Shown piece after piece: positions 29,278-38,346 of a stretch of 64,000 bases of DNA (positions are counted from its first letter, which is position 1; each line of letters opens with the position of its first letter). The position numbers and the translations under genes are program-made. This stretch comes from a virus (lineage: Duplodnaviria > Heunggongvirae > Uroviricota > Caudoviricetes): the IMG/VR virus record IMGVR_UViG_3300045988_162656; one strand, written 5' to 3'. Below the pieces are notes generated by a model, which searched no databases, was not told the origin of the DNA, and saw nothing but the letters and a program-made list of their open reading frames with translations.

Positions 29278-29531
29278 GTGTTTTTCCTTTGTGGTTATTT
29301 TGATACAAATTTTAAGAGCAATGAGAAGGTAAACAACTATGCATAACGGTATGTTAGGAATGAAACGAGCGTCTTAATATACAAAATTTATAAGTAAGTA
29401 TATACCTATTTATTGTGGCGCAACTTTGCTTGTCTGTATGACTAAAAATAAGACAGGATCACTGTAGAACGCTATGAGAGCTATTTTGAGGAGGCGTAGA
29501 TTCTATCTACGCCAATATACGATCTGGAGGG

Positions 29532-30176
29532 TTACAGCGCGTCAGTGGGCTTTTTACGCGCTGCGTTTATGCTTATGACGCCAGCTTTTGGACGTGGGTC
29601 AACAAGGTTAAGCTCTTCTTCGCTGTGGTATTCGAGGTCGAACTCACGTTTTACATGTCTGATGTAGATTGCGGTGAGCAGGCTATCTTTGGTCAGAAAG
29701 TGTCCGTAGGATTTGCGGATCACTTCTTCTACCTTCTCGATTTTCTCACCACCCATACAGAGATGATTAAACCGGCTGTGTTTCCGCAACATTTCGTCTA
29801 CTGGGCCTGAGTAAACCTTGTCTACTTTCCCAAAACGGATGATTTTTCCTGTGTCTGCGGATACGAGGCAAATCAGCTTGTCTGGTGATAAACGATCTCG
29901 CCACGTCACACCTGAACGGAGTGTGTTGAAGTAGGGGGCATCCAATCCGATGATCGGTTTACGAAATGCGAGTAATGGAACGTACCTGATGCAACTGTTT
30001 AAATGAAAATTCACACCAGCCTTATCAAGTTTAATTCTGGTTTCGTAGATCTGGCACTTCGCCGCTATACCGCAGATGTCACAAAGCAACTTCTGCTTAT
30101 TCAGGTTGGAATTTGATTCGATAGTGTAGGAGCCGTCTTCAAGACGACGAACCCAGCGCGTGCGTTTTAGATCCAT
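29532..30176 (-). CDS. hypothetical protein
   Basis: 214-aa ORF next to the replication origin. Confidence 0.4.
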   Translation of the reverse strand: MDLKRTRWVRRLEDGSYTIESNSNLNKQKLLCDICGIAAKCQIYETRIKLDKAGVNFHLNSCIRYVPLLAFRKPIIGLDAPYFNTLRSGVTWRDRLSPDKLICLVSADTGKIIRFGKVDKVYSGPVDEMLRKHSRFNHLCMGGEKIEKVEEVIRKSYGHFLTKDSLLTAIYIRHVKREFDLEYHSEEELNLVDPRPKAGVISINAARKKPTDAL

Positions 30177-30259
30177 ATGTCATTTTTCTGTGATTGTTAG
30201 CCGAGGCAACGATAACCCACCAGGTGCGCCGAAGGTAGTAAATGCCTGTTTTAATTATT

Positions 30260-30497
30260 CACATATCCACAGGATAGATCCTAATAAAGAGATCCATAGA
30301 TAGATCCTTATATAGATCAAATAAGATCCCCGATCGCTGTAAGCCGCGCCACGACTGGTCTGAAGTCATGTTCATGTATGCTGTCAGCGGTAATTGATAG
30401 TCTGTCAGCGGTTCACCGTATGCTGCCAACTGTTTTTGGTATTCTGTCAGCGGCAAATCAAGTATGCTGTCAGCGGTTGAATGACAAAGGTGTCCAC
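30260..30497 (+). promoter_or_regulatory. plasmid-type replication origin region: DnaA-box-like atatccaca (30273-30281), six GATC sites (30287-30345), five 16-bp iterons (30376-30477)
   Basis: motifs read directly; arrangement parallels P1 oriR/incC upstream of repA. Confidence 0.65.
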
Positions 30498-31592
30498 ATG
30501 TCCACAAAAAATAAAAAAGGTAAAAATAACAAAGAAGTAGAAGATAACATCGACAACTTTGAAGAAGGTTCCCTTGAATTGTACACAGGGGAACTTGTCC
30601 CTAATAGCAACAATACAGTCCAACCAATTGCGTTGATGCGACTGGGGTTGTTCGTCCCCACGCTTAAGGGAACAAAATACAGTAAACGTAACAAGCCAAA
30701 TGAGATCGATGCTTCAAAGGAGCTTGTCCAGCTCGAAGTAGCCCGTTCTGAAGGCTATTCCGATATCAAGATAACCGGTCCTCGTCTCGACATGGATCAT
30801 GATTTCAAAACGTGGGTGGGCGTTGTGCGTTCGCTGGCAGAATACGGCGAACCTAACGGTCGTGTCGAGTTAAGCATCACGAAATTTGCTAAGTTTTGTG
30901 GCTATCCATCGTCACAGATCCGCAAAACACTCCGCGACCGGCTTACAAACAGTCTTTTGAAGATCATGCGTACAACTCTGTCTTTCCAGAGAACGTATGA
31001 AGAAAAGAACGTCGACGGCTCTAACAAGATCTCGCTTCTGATGGTGCACCTCATCAATAGCGTGGACTACAACGAGCAGAAAGATACGGTGGTGTTCTAT
31101 GCAGAACCGAAGCTGGCCGAACTATATCGCTTTGACCATAAGGTTCTTTTGCAGTTAAAGGTTATCAATAAGCTACCACGCAAAGAAACAGCACAGGCTC
31201 TGTACACCTTCATCGAAAGTCTTCCAACCAAGCCTGCGCCGGTATCGCTTGCTCGATTGCGTGCGCGACTCAATTTGAGTAGCAGGAATGTCAGCTCGCA
31301 GAATCAGACTATACGTAACGGCTTAAAAGCTCTCCAAGATTTGGGCTATCTCGAATACAGCGAGATTAAGCGTGGGCGGTCGATCTATATCCAGATTCAC
31401 AGCCGCAATCCAAAACTCAAAGTCGCACCGCCAAAACCTGAAGACATCGAACCCAAAAAACCAGATGAGAAAGCTGGGGAAATTGATGCCAAACAGAACA
31501 TTATCAACAAGATAACCGAACTTTCGCAGAATTTGACGCCTGAAAATATCAAGATGATTGAGATCCTTTCCAATAGTCTCAAACTGCTTTGA
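30498..31592 (+). CDS. repA: iteron-binding replication initiator RepA-like
   Basis: 365-aa ORF (in-frame start after iterons, RBS aaagg) flanked on both sides by iteron arrays; lone plus-strand gene. Confidence 0.7.
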   Translation: MSTKNKKGKNNKEVEDNIDNFEEGSLELYTGELVPNSNNTVQPIALMRLGLFVPTLKGTKYSKRNKPNEIDASKELVQLEVARSEGYSDIKITGPRLDMDHDFKTWVGVVRSLAEYGEPNGRVELSITKFAKFCGYPSSQIRKTLRDRLTNSLLKIMRTTLSFQRTYEEKNVDGSNKISLLMVHLINSVDYNEQKDTVVFYAEPKLAELYRFDHKVLLQLKVINKLPRKETAQALYTFIESLPTKPAPVSLARLRARLNLSSRNVSSQNQTIRNGLKALQDLGYLEYSEIKRGRSIYIQIHSRNPKLKVAPPKPEDIEPKKPDEKAGEIDAKQNIINKITELSQNLTPENIKMIEILSNSLKLL

Positions 31593-32124
31593 TATGCTGT
31601 CAGCGGTGAAATGTATGCTATCAGCGGCTATTTTTCTGAAAAGTATGCTGTGAACGGTTAAAGATATGCTACCAGCGGTATAGTGAGATGAACGTATGCT
31701 GTGAGCGGTAAATCATCTATCACCACTCAATGCTCTGTCATACCTCCCCAGTGGTTACTAACCTCGAAGAGTGCATTCCATATAGGTTTGCGCTCACTAA
31801 CATTCTATTGCTATTGCGCTGATTGCTTGTAGTGAAAGGCATTTATTGCCTGCTACTCCCTGATAGAACGTATGCTGTCAGCGGTGTTTTATTGAGGAAT
31901 TTTTGTTTGGATATGCTATCAGCGGTAATTAATGGCATATGTCAGACATTCGTATGCTGCCAGCGGTAATTTTGTTCTGGTTATACCCATACCGGTACAC
32001 ATTATTCATGCAATGTCTTAAGTATGCTGTCAGCGGTAAAAAATCGAGTAAAGTATGCTGTGAGCGGTGAGATAGACTCTCGATATGCTATCAGCGGTAG
32101 TTGATTGTGTATGCTGTCAGCGGT
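31593..32124 (+). repeat. incA-like array of 12 iterons, consensus GTATGCTGTCAGCGGT
   Basis: 12 near-identical 16-bp direct repeats with irregular spacing immediately downstream of repA. Confidence 0.8.
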
Positions 32125-32171
32125 GACGACTATGAAATATGACTGCGGAACGTGCCGCAGTCAGTTTGCAT

Positions 32172-32384
32172 TTAGTGTATTTTCTTTAACAGACCCCAAA
32201 GTGTTCCGGCTTTTGTAGTCAGTTTTCCTGTTTCTGGATCGTACATACGCCATTCACGCCGCTGGTGGACGATATACCCATCTTCACGTTCCAGACGCTC
32301 AAGAATGCCAGGCTGCTTGAAACCCTTAGCACGCCAGTAGCCGCTTGTTTTCTCGATTTCCAGACCTGCCAGTGTTAATGCCAT
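32172..32384 (-). CDS. hypothetical protein
   Basis: 70 aa; ATGA-coupled to upstream gene. Confidence 0.35.
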   Translation of the reverse strand: MALTLAGLEIEKTSGYWRAKGFKQPGILERLEREDGYIVHQRREWRMYDPETGKLTTKAGTLWGLLKKIH

Positions 32385-32719
32385 TACCCAACCTCCTTGC
32401 AGTCATCGAAAAGGTAGCTTTGCTGAGAAGCGTGAACGCCATAGAAGCCCTTGTATTTGTTGTATACGAAGTGGTCTTCTCCGACGCCGGTTAATTTGCC
32501 ATTACGATTTGTGAGATATGGGGATGACAACACTCGATCGTCACGCACAACATAGAACTGGTCGCCGCTGTCTACGACCATCGCTCCATATGGTGCTTTT
32601 ATGACGTCGGTAAGAGCGCCATTCTTAACGTCGGCTACAGACATTTCACACTGATAAACAGTGGTGTCGGCCACAACGATCGAAGAAAGAAACAACAGCG
32701 CGAATGGGATGGTCTTCAT
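32384..32719 (-). CDS. hypothetical secreted protein (signal peptide)
   Basis: N-terminus MKTIPFALLFLSSIVVA; ATGA coupling to upstream small membrane gene. Confidence 0.4.
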   Translation of the reverse strand: MKTIPFALLFLSSIVVADTTVYQCEMSVADVKNGALTDVIKAPYGAMVVDSGDQFYVVRDDRVLSSPYLTNRNGKLTGVGEDHFVYNKYKGFYGVHASQQSYLFDDCKEVG

Positions 32720-32895
32720 GCTGCCACCTCTTTGATTACATCAAATGCTGAATTAAATACGAGCACGATAGCCAAAGCGTTTATGACTACGTCGTGCACC
32801 GGGGAAAAGACTTTACGAATGACACCAGTGAAAATGCAGTCGATGACAAAAGCTATTGAAACGATGAGTAACAAGTATTCAATAAAAATCTTCAT
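32716..32895 (-). CDS. small two-TM membrane protein (58 aa; below the ORF-track size cut-off)
   Basis: translated by hand: MKIFIEYLLLIVSIAFVIDCIFTGVIRKVFSPVHDVVINALAIVLVFNSAFDVIKEVAA; stop overlaps next start. Confidence 0.35.
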   Translation of the reverse strand: MKIFIEYLLLIVSIAFVIDCIFTGVIRKVFSPVHDVVINALAIVLVFNSAFDVIKEVAA

Positions 32896-32934
32896 GATAG
32901 GTAGATACTAACTTATATAAACTTTACTGTAAAC

Positions 32935-33210
32935 TCACTCAAAAGTGCTGATGCTTAAAATACGCTCAAGATGTTCAGCATCTTCATTACTGATTTGTTG
33001 AGTCTCTTCTACGTACCAACAGTTGCCGTTATGCCAACAAACACCATCATCATCAACCATCACTGAATCAGCGTCATGACCTGTATATTCAACAAGAGTA
33101 CGCTGGATCAGCGCGTCAGTTTCTTCATCGTTAAGGCCATCGACTTTGACCATAAAAAGCGGAAACACGTCATAGACAGTGCTGGTAACGATTCGAACTA
33201 AAACTCTCAT
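32935..33210 (-). CDS. hypothetical protein
   Basis: 91-aa ORF with conserved initiation region. Confidence 0.35.
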   Translation of the reverse strand: MRVLVRIVTSTVYDVFPLFMVKVDGLNDEETDALIQRTLVEYTGHDADSVMVDDDGVCWHNGNCWYVEETQQISNEDAEHLERILSISTFE

Positions 33211-33265
33211 GTGTTTTTCCTTTTGTGGTTAGTGTTTACTTATTTTGTTAGTTATGAATAGGCGA

Positions 33266-33691
33266 TCAATCTTCTTGGTTAGGGAAAAACTGTTCAATAA
33301 CTCTGTCAACGGCTGTGTCTATATGGAGTAGATGCCACACAACCATATCTTTGCTTCCCATGCCTTGTGTGAATATCACGTCATACTTACGCCATGCGCA
33401 GTGGAACCAATATGCTGAGTCATCAATTGGTAAATCCTCTCCCGCCTCTTTGAAGTATTTCAGCAGCATTGCCTGCTCTGCCGTTGGCGTTGGACCTATT
33501 TCCTGAGCGTACATACGGATGAATCGCTGCCAGTCTGTCTCGTCGGGGGTTGGATCTGGTGGGGTCATTTCTGCGATAGCGTTTCGTAGCTGATGCGCCC
33601 AATCAGGTTCAGGAAAGCCTTTTGCTACTTCATCATCAATAACATCCAGAGCCACGTTTGCGGCATCGTAGAGTTTCTTAATTGCTGCCAT
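33266..33691 (-). CDS. hypothetical protein
   Basis: 141-aa ORF. Confidence 0.4.
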   Translation of the reverse strand: MAAIKKLYDAANVALDVIDDEVAKGFPEPDWAHQLRNAIAEMTPPDPTPDETDWQRFIRMYAQEIGPTPTAEQAMLLKYFKEAGEDLPIDDSAYWFHCAWRKYDVIFTQGMGSKDMVVWHLLHIDTAVDRVIEQFFPNQED

Positions 33692-33752
33692 GTTTACTTC
33701 TCCTTATAAATAGGAAAATAATCACCTTTGAAAAAATAAAGCAAAGATATAT

Positions 33753-34142
33753 TCACTCCGATACAAGACGTTTATATGCTTCGATGTCTCGACGTGCTTC
33801 ACCGAGTTTTCTTCTTAGGTCCATATTTTCTGATTCAAGTTTTTCAATGTTTTTTTGGTATCGGCCACGATGTTCTTCCCAGGCATCCTGATATGCCTTC
33901 ATATATGTCGTATTAGCCTTTCTTTTTGCCTGACGAACCGCGTGGTGATTTTCTACAAACCAGTCAGGGTCGTTAAATGCTGCTCTTGCGCATTTATACC
34001 AATAATCGGTTGACTCTCTGTTTAACCAATGAATGGTGATAAATGGTAATCGAATAGACAGAATTTTTCGTTTGGAATCTCGCTCACCAAACATATGCCC
34101 TTTTTTTATCTTTAAACCGAACCCAGGTTGAATTAAAAGCAT
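33753..34142 (-). CDS. hypothetical protein
   Basis: 129-aa ORF, C-terminal coiled coil. Confidence 0.35.
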   Translation of the reverse strand: MLLIQPGFGLKIKKGHMFGERDSKRKILSIRLPFITIHWLNRESTDYWYKCARAAFNDPDWFVENHHAVRQAKRKANTTYMKAYQDAWEEHRGRYQKNIEKLESENMDLRRKLGEARRDIEAYKRLVSE

Positions 34143-34162
34143 TGTCAGTACCTCAGATGCAT

Positions 34163-34903
34163 TTATGGCAGTAATTCTTTACCGCTTTCCATTTTGGTGA
34201 TAGAGACAGTAGGATCATCGTTAATGCATGATTCTGTGCCTAATGCTGCTAACCCTTTACGCATAACCGTGCCCGCAACATACGCCTCAATCTCCGCCTT
34301 TCCAGATGAGACAATTTCATCCATTTGTTCCTGCATTAATTCGGTAGCAAAGCACAGATTTTCAGGAAGGTTAGCTACAGCAGATGCTAGTTTTCTATAT
34401 AGTTCTTCAAGGTCACGTTTTCCAGCTCTTCCTTTTTTCACAAGTTCACCTAGCTCTGAAACTTGCTGATTAAGTCGATCAATCTCACTATTCGTAGCGG
34501 CCTTTATTTGATCGTTGAATTTTTGCCGAATACTTTTTTGCTCGGCAATATCATGAACTCTAATTGAGTCTCCAATGGTTTTATATGAAATAGTGCATGG
34601 CACACCTTCGCCCACTCCAAAACTGCTAACCATAGCAGCCCATTGTGCCTGGCTAAGTCTAATTTCAACTAAAGGCCGTCTATTGCAACTTCTTTGTGGG
34701 CGGGTTCGTTCATTGTCTAAGGACAGTTCCGCCTCGTAAACGCCTATTTCAATATAGTCTCTATGTTCCAGTTCTGAATCAAATAGGCGAATGCCAGTTG
34801 TGCTAACACGGCTTGTTTTCACAAGACCGAACGCTGGATGTGTTTGAATTTTTTCCCCATGTTTATTAAGGGTCGTTTTTGGTTCTTCAATTTTTCTTTT
34901 CAT
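34163..34903 (-). CDS. hypothetical protein
   Basis: 246-aa ORF. Confidence 0.4.
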   Translation of the reverse strand: MKRKIEEPKTTLNKHGEKIQTHPAFGLVKTSRVSTTGIRLFDSELEHRDYIEIGVYEAELSLDNERTRPQRSCNRRPLVEIRLSQAQWAAMVSSFGVGEGVPCTISYKTIGDSIRVHDIAEQKSIRQKFNDQIKAATNSEIDRLNQQVSELGELVKKGRAGKRDLEELYRKLASAVANLPENLCFATELMQEQMDEIVSSGKAEIEAYVAGTVMRKGLAALGTESCINDDPTVSITKMESGKELLP

Positions 34904-34950
34904 CTTATTAACCTCTATGCTTCATGCGTAAAGCTAAATGACAATTTTTT

Positions 34951-35775
34951 TTAATATCCGGCGTATTCGTATTCTTCATTTAGACCGTATTCTTGTGGAG
35001 TGATACCAGGACAACATAACTCAAAGGCGAACTTGCGCCATTTGATTTTTTCTTCTGACGATTGTTTGTTATTCGCCGGTGCAATGTAGTCATATTCCCA
35101 TTTGCCGTTGCGAAGTAAAATGAATCCGCAGTTATTGCCGAAGTCTTCGTCTGCATAACGTATTACAAACTCAAGGTGCGGGAACTTTCTAGCCATCGCT
35201 TGATAAATTGGTTTTGGCATAGACCAGGCTGTTTCAAAGCGAATCACCAACTCACCACCAGTTGCGGCATGTCTTGCAAGACGTTTTTTATAGATTCGTT
35301 TTGCATATGCTCGAACGTGTGTATGGCGGAAATTATGGCCGTACTTAATACGTGTAGGGATACGTTTTACGGGCATTTCGATGTTGTAGGCATTCCATTT
35401 TGTTCCCCAATTAGCTCGCGACCAGTCAAACCATGAGTAATAGCCATAGCGACGATAATTCTCAAGCCGCATAAGAGCCTGCTCTTTGATTTTGCGAATT
35501 TCCTTGCGTGTCATTCCTGATTCACGCATAGCTAATTCGACCTGTTCTGGAGTCTTTAATTCACCGAACATGTGGTCGTAAACTGTTTCGCCCGCCATTG
35601 CAGAGGCCATGCGCCTGATATGATTGTTTTCTTCCATTTCTATACTTTTCGGACGTCTGCAAATGGTATTAAAGTCAATTAGACCTTTTTTGTTAGTTAT
35701 GGCACGTATGAAATCTAAGCGTTGTTTATTTGTACCACCTATGACTCGGATTTCGTTTGTAATGTGGTTGGGCAT
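34951..35775 (-). CDS. hypothetical protein
   Basis: 274-aa ORF; palindromic motif 16 nt upstream. Confidence 0.4.
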   Translation of the reverse strand: MPNHITNEIRVIGGTNKQRLDFIRAITNKKGLIDFNTICRRPKSIEMEENNHIRRMASAMAGETVYDHMFGELKTPEQVELAMRESGMTRKEIRKIKEQALMRLENYRRYGYYSWFDWSRANWGTKWNAYNIEMPVKRIPTRIKYGHNFRHTHVRAYAKRIYKKRLARHAATGGELVIRFETAWSMPKPIYQAMARKFPHLEFVIRYADEDFGNNCGFILLRNGKWEYDYIAPANNKQSSEEKIKWRKFAFELCCPGITPQEYGLNEEYEYAGY

Positions 35776-35870
35776 AATTAACTTAACCTTTTAACAAATT
35801 GTTTTCTTGTGTGTGATAATAACGAGAATAAAACGGCGTCCAACTGGACGCCTGATCTTCTTAATGAGAG

Positions 35871-36701
35871 TTATTTCACTGTAATGAAAGGAGTGTTAGC
35901 CCCTTGAGTCATGTACTGCGGTAACTGGCCATTCCATTTATTGATGGCTTCCAGTTCCATAACGTTCGGGTTTTGACGCAGAGCTTCACCGCGCAGACGA
36001 ATGGCGTCTGCTTCTGCTTGCGCACGAGCACGGATAGCATCAGCTTCACCATTAGCCTGTTCACGTAGCATATTCGCCTCAGCTTTACGTTGTTCAACTT
36101 CCTGCTGACGTTGCAGAGTACGCTGGTTAGCCGTTACTTTGGCGTTGATAGATTCAATGACGGTTTTTGGGTAATCAGGCTTTCCAACCCATGACAGGCT
36201 CAGTACCTCAATACCAACCGGAGACATCTCTTTCTGAATATCTTTCAGTGCGTTGTCCAGCAATTGCGCCTTACCACCGTCGATAAATGAGTCAGTGGTC
36301 ATACGGCTGGCCAAACGGTTTAGAGAGTCGGCAATTTTCTGACGCAGATCTGATTCGGTGATATCGTCTACGCCTTTGCGATAGGTCTGGAACACCGTCG
36401 TTACCTTGTCACGATTAACCAGATACGCAACGCCAATTTTGTGACCAATAGCAGTACCGTCACTCATCTGGAATGTGAACGGTTCGTCGTAGGTCTTCAT
36501 TTGTTTGAAGGTCGGGAATACGTAAAGTTCGGTGTTAAGACCTGTCCATTGGCGACCAACGCCAACCACTTCACCGATCCCTTTGTCTTCACCTAATTTG
36601 TTTACTTTGATGCCAACGTATCCAGGCTCCACGCGATCACAGCCAGTAAGACCCATTGTGCAAATAGCCGCCAGAGCAACTGCAAGTAAACCTTTCTTCA
36701 T
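35871..36701 (-). CDS. SPFH/band-7 domain lipoprotein
   Basis: lipobox LTGC after signal peptide; prohibitin-like core followed by Ala/Glu-rich coiled coil. Confidence 0.65.
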   Translation of the reverse strand: MKKGLLAVALAAICTMGLTGCDRVEPGYVGIKVNKLGEDKGIGEVVGVGRQWTGLNTELYVFPTFKQMKTYDEPFTFQMSDGTAIGHKIGVAYLVNRDKVTTVFQTYRKGVDDITESDLRQKIADSLNRLASRMTTDSFIDGGKAQLLDNALKDIQKEMSPVGIEVLSLSWVGKPDYPKTVIESINAKVTANQRTLQRQQEVEQRKAEANMLREQANGEADAIRARAQAEADAIRLRGEALRQNPNVMELEAINKWNGQLPQYMTQGANTPFITVK

Positions 36702-36704
36702 TAC

Positions 36705-36905
36705 TTATTTCCCCTTTGCTTTGATTAATGAGTTGATAAACTTACGACCAGCAATAAGACCGATTACAGGAGCACCAAAACCAACGATAACTCCAAACAT
36801 GACGGCTAAATCACTCTTGGTAGAAATCAGCGACGGAACCAGTAAACTGTAGATGAGAGCCACTGAAACGCCTGTGGCTACTGCCAATAGATAGATTTTG
36901 ATCAT
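36705..36905 (-). CDS. small membrane protein upstream of and coupled to the SPFH gene (NfeD-like partner candidate)
   Basis: 66 aa, two hydrophobic helices; 3-nt gap to SPFH gene. Confidence 0.4.
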   Translation of the reverse strand: MIKIYLLAVATGVSVALIYSLLVPSLISTKSDLAVMFGVIVGFGAPVIGLIAGRKFINSLIKAKGK

Positions 36906-36967
36906 GTGTTTTCCTATGTGGTTGTTATGCGAAAATAATAAGTAAGTACTTATATATTTTCAAGAGA

Positions 36968-36995
36968 TAAAAAAGGCGTCCTGTGGACGCCTTGT
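36968..36995 (-). terminator. rho-independent terminator after the RecA-like gene
   Basis: minus-strand hairpin aaggcgtcc-aca-ggacgcctt followed by tttttt. Confidence 0.7.
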
Positions 36996-36997
36996 GT

Positions 36998-38071
36998 TTA
37001 CTCTTCTACTGACTCGGTGGGGTTGTCTTTTGCTCTTCGGTCGTCGATTGCCTGCAAAGCCGCAATGATTTCAGCCAGTGGCTTCTCCCGATACATCTCG
37101 ACGATCTGCGATTTGGTGTATTTCTTGTCACCAATTTCAACTCGCCCGCTGGCGTTCTTTGGCAGGTATCCTTCTTCCAGCATGTACTCGACGAGCGATT
37201 CGATAACGTCGAGGCCACGAGTAGGATCGAAGTAGAATTTCCAGGTGCATTTGCCATACGGTGGTGCAACTTTGTTTTTGATGCATTCTGCGCCTACGTC
37301 CTGGCCGATCTTCTCTTTACCATCCTTCATCACCGATGCACCAAGACGGATACGTACAGAAGCGTAGAACTTCGGTGAATCTCCACCTGGAGACGTAGTA
37401 GGGTCGCCAAACATTACACCGATTTTTGTGCGAACCTGATTCAAGAAGATGATGCAGGCGTTGTATTTGCGTGCCCACAAAGCCAGAGTAGGGAAGTTCG
37501 CACTTGTCGCACGAGCCAGTGCCGTATTGTCGTTCATGTTTAGCTGATCTTTGTCTTTGGCAGTGCCTTCAGCCATCTTTTCGAACTTCTCGGCTTTGGA
37601 GTTCGGAACCATAGACGCAAGTGAGTCAGCCACGATACAGATAGGTGCTGATTCAGGAATAAGCTCTTCATCACGTACCAATTTAAGAATTGTGCCGATC
37701 AACTCTACAGAGTCTTCGAAGGTATCAGGCTGCTTGTATACCCACTGACCGTCATCCTCATCTGCATTCAAACCATTGGCTACAGCCAGGCCAACGTCAA
37801 AACTGTTCTCATGATCGAGGAATACCGCCAGACCATCTTGTTTCTGTGCGGAGATCATTGCTGCCGTTGCCAAAAAGGTTTTCCCCGCGCTTGGTGGCCC
37901 GAATACTTCTACGATACGACCACATGGGAAACCGCCATCGTAACGACCGGAAATCGCTTTGTTTAACGGAGGAAAGCCTGTGTCAATCCAATGAGTTACT
38001 TTCTGAATTTCGTCGTTGCTACCGATTTTCTTTTTCAGAGCAAGTGCCAGTGCGGATTTTCCTTTTGCCAT
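36998..38071 (-). CDS. RecA/UvsX-like recombinase
   Basis: Walker A GPPSAGKT and RecA-fold core; 357 aa. Confidence 0.8.
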   Translation of the reverse strand: MAKGKSALALALKKKIGSNDEIQKVTHWIDTGFPPLNKAISGRYDGGFPCGRIVEVFGPPSAGKTFLATAAMISAQKQDGLAVFLDHENSFDVGLAVANGLNADEDDGQWVYKQPDTFEDSVELIGTILKLVRDEELIPESAPICIVADSLASMVPNSKAEKFEKMAEGTAKDKDQLNMNDNTALARATSANFPTLALWARKYNACIIFLNQVRTKIGVMFGDPTTSPGGDSPKFYASVRIRLGASVMKDGKEKIGQDVGAECIKNKVAPPYGKCTWKFYFDPTRGLDVIESLVEYMLEEGYLPKNASGRVEIGDKKYTKSQIVEMYREKPLAEIIAALQAIDDRRAKDNPTESVEE

Positions 38072-38073
38072 GA

Positions 38074-38346
38074 TCAGGCTCCTTTTGTTTCGTTGATTCG
38101 TTTTAAAGCGGCGGATTCGTCGAATACAATCGCATCGTGGTTAAGGAGTCTGGATACACGAGCGAGGATTTTTACGACCTGCTCGCTGACTAATCCAAAC
38201 TCGCGATCTGTCGCTTTCATTCCGGCAGCGCCTAGAATTGACGGCAGTGCGATGACAGCGTACTCACCGTGATAAAAGACAATCTCTTTTGCCAGTTGGG
38301 TAGGGGTGGTTGTAGCGCCATTAATAATCGATTTAAGCATTAGCAA
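38074..38346 (-). CDS. hypothetical protein
   Basis: 90-aa ORF between FEN and recombinase. Confidence 0.35.
   Translation of the reverse strand: MLMLKSIINGATTTPTQLAKEIVFYHGEYAVIALPSILGAAGMKATDREFGLVSEQVVKILARVSRLLNHDAIVFDESAALKRINETKGA

Noticed and set aside
30378-30497. Upstream 40 codons of the 404-aa RepA ORF
   Set aside because: This stretch is translated straight through the iterons; an in-frame ATG at 30498 with an RBS is the likelier start.
30376-32124. Possible CRISPR array suggested by many short direct repeats
   Set aside because: Repeats are 16 bp with irregular spacing, flank a rep gene on both sides and sit with a DnaA box and GATC cluster; no cas genes. They are plasmid iterons.
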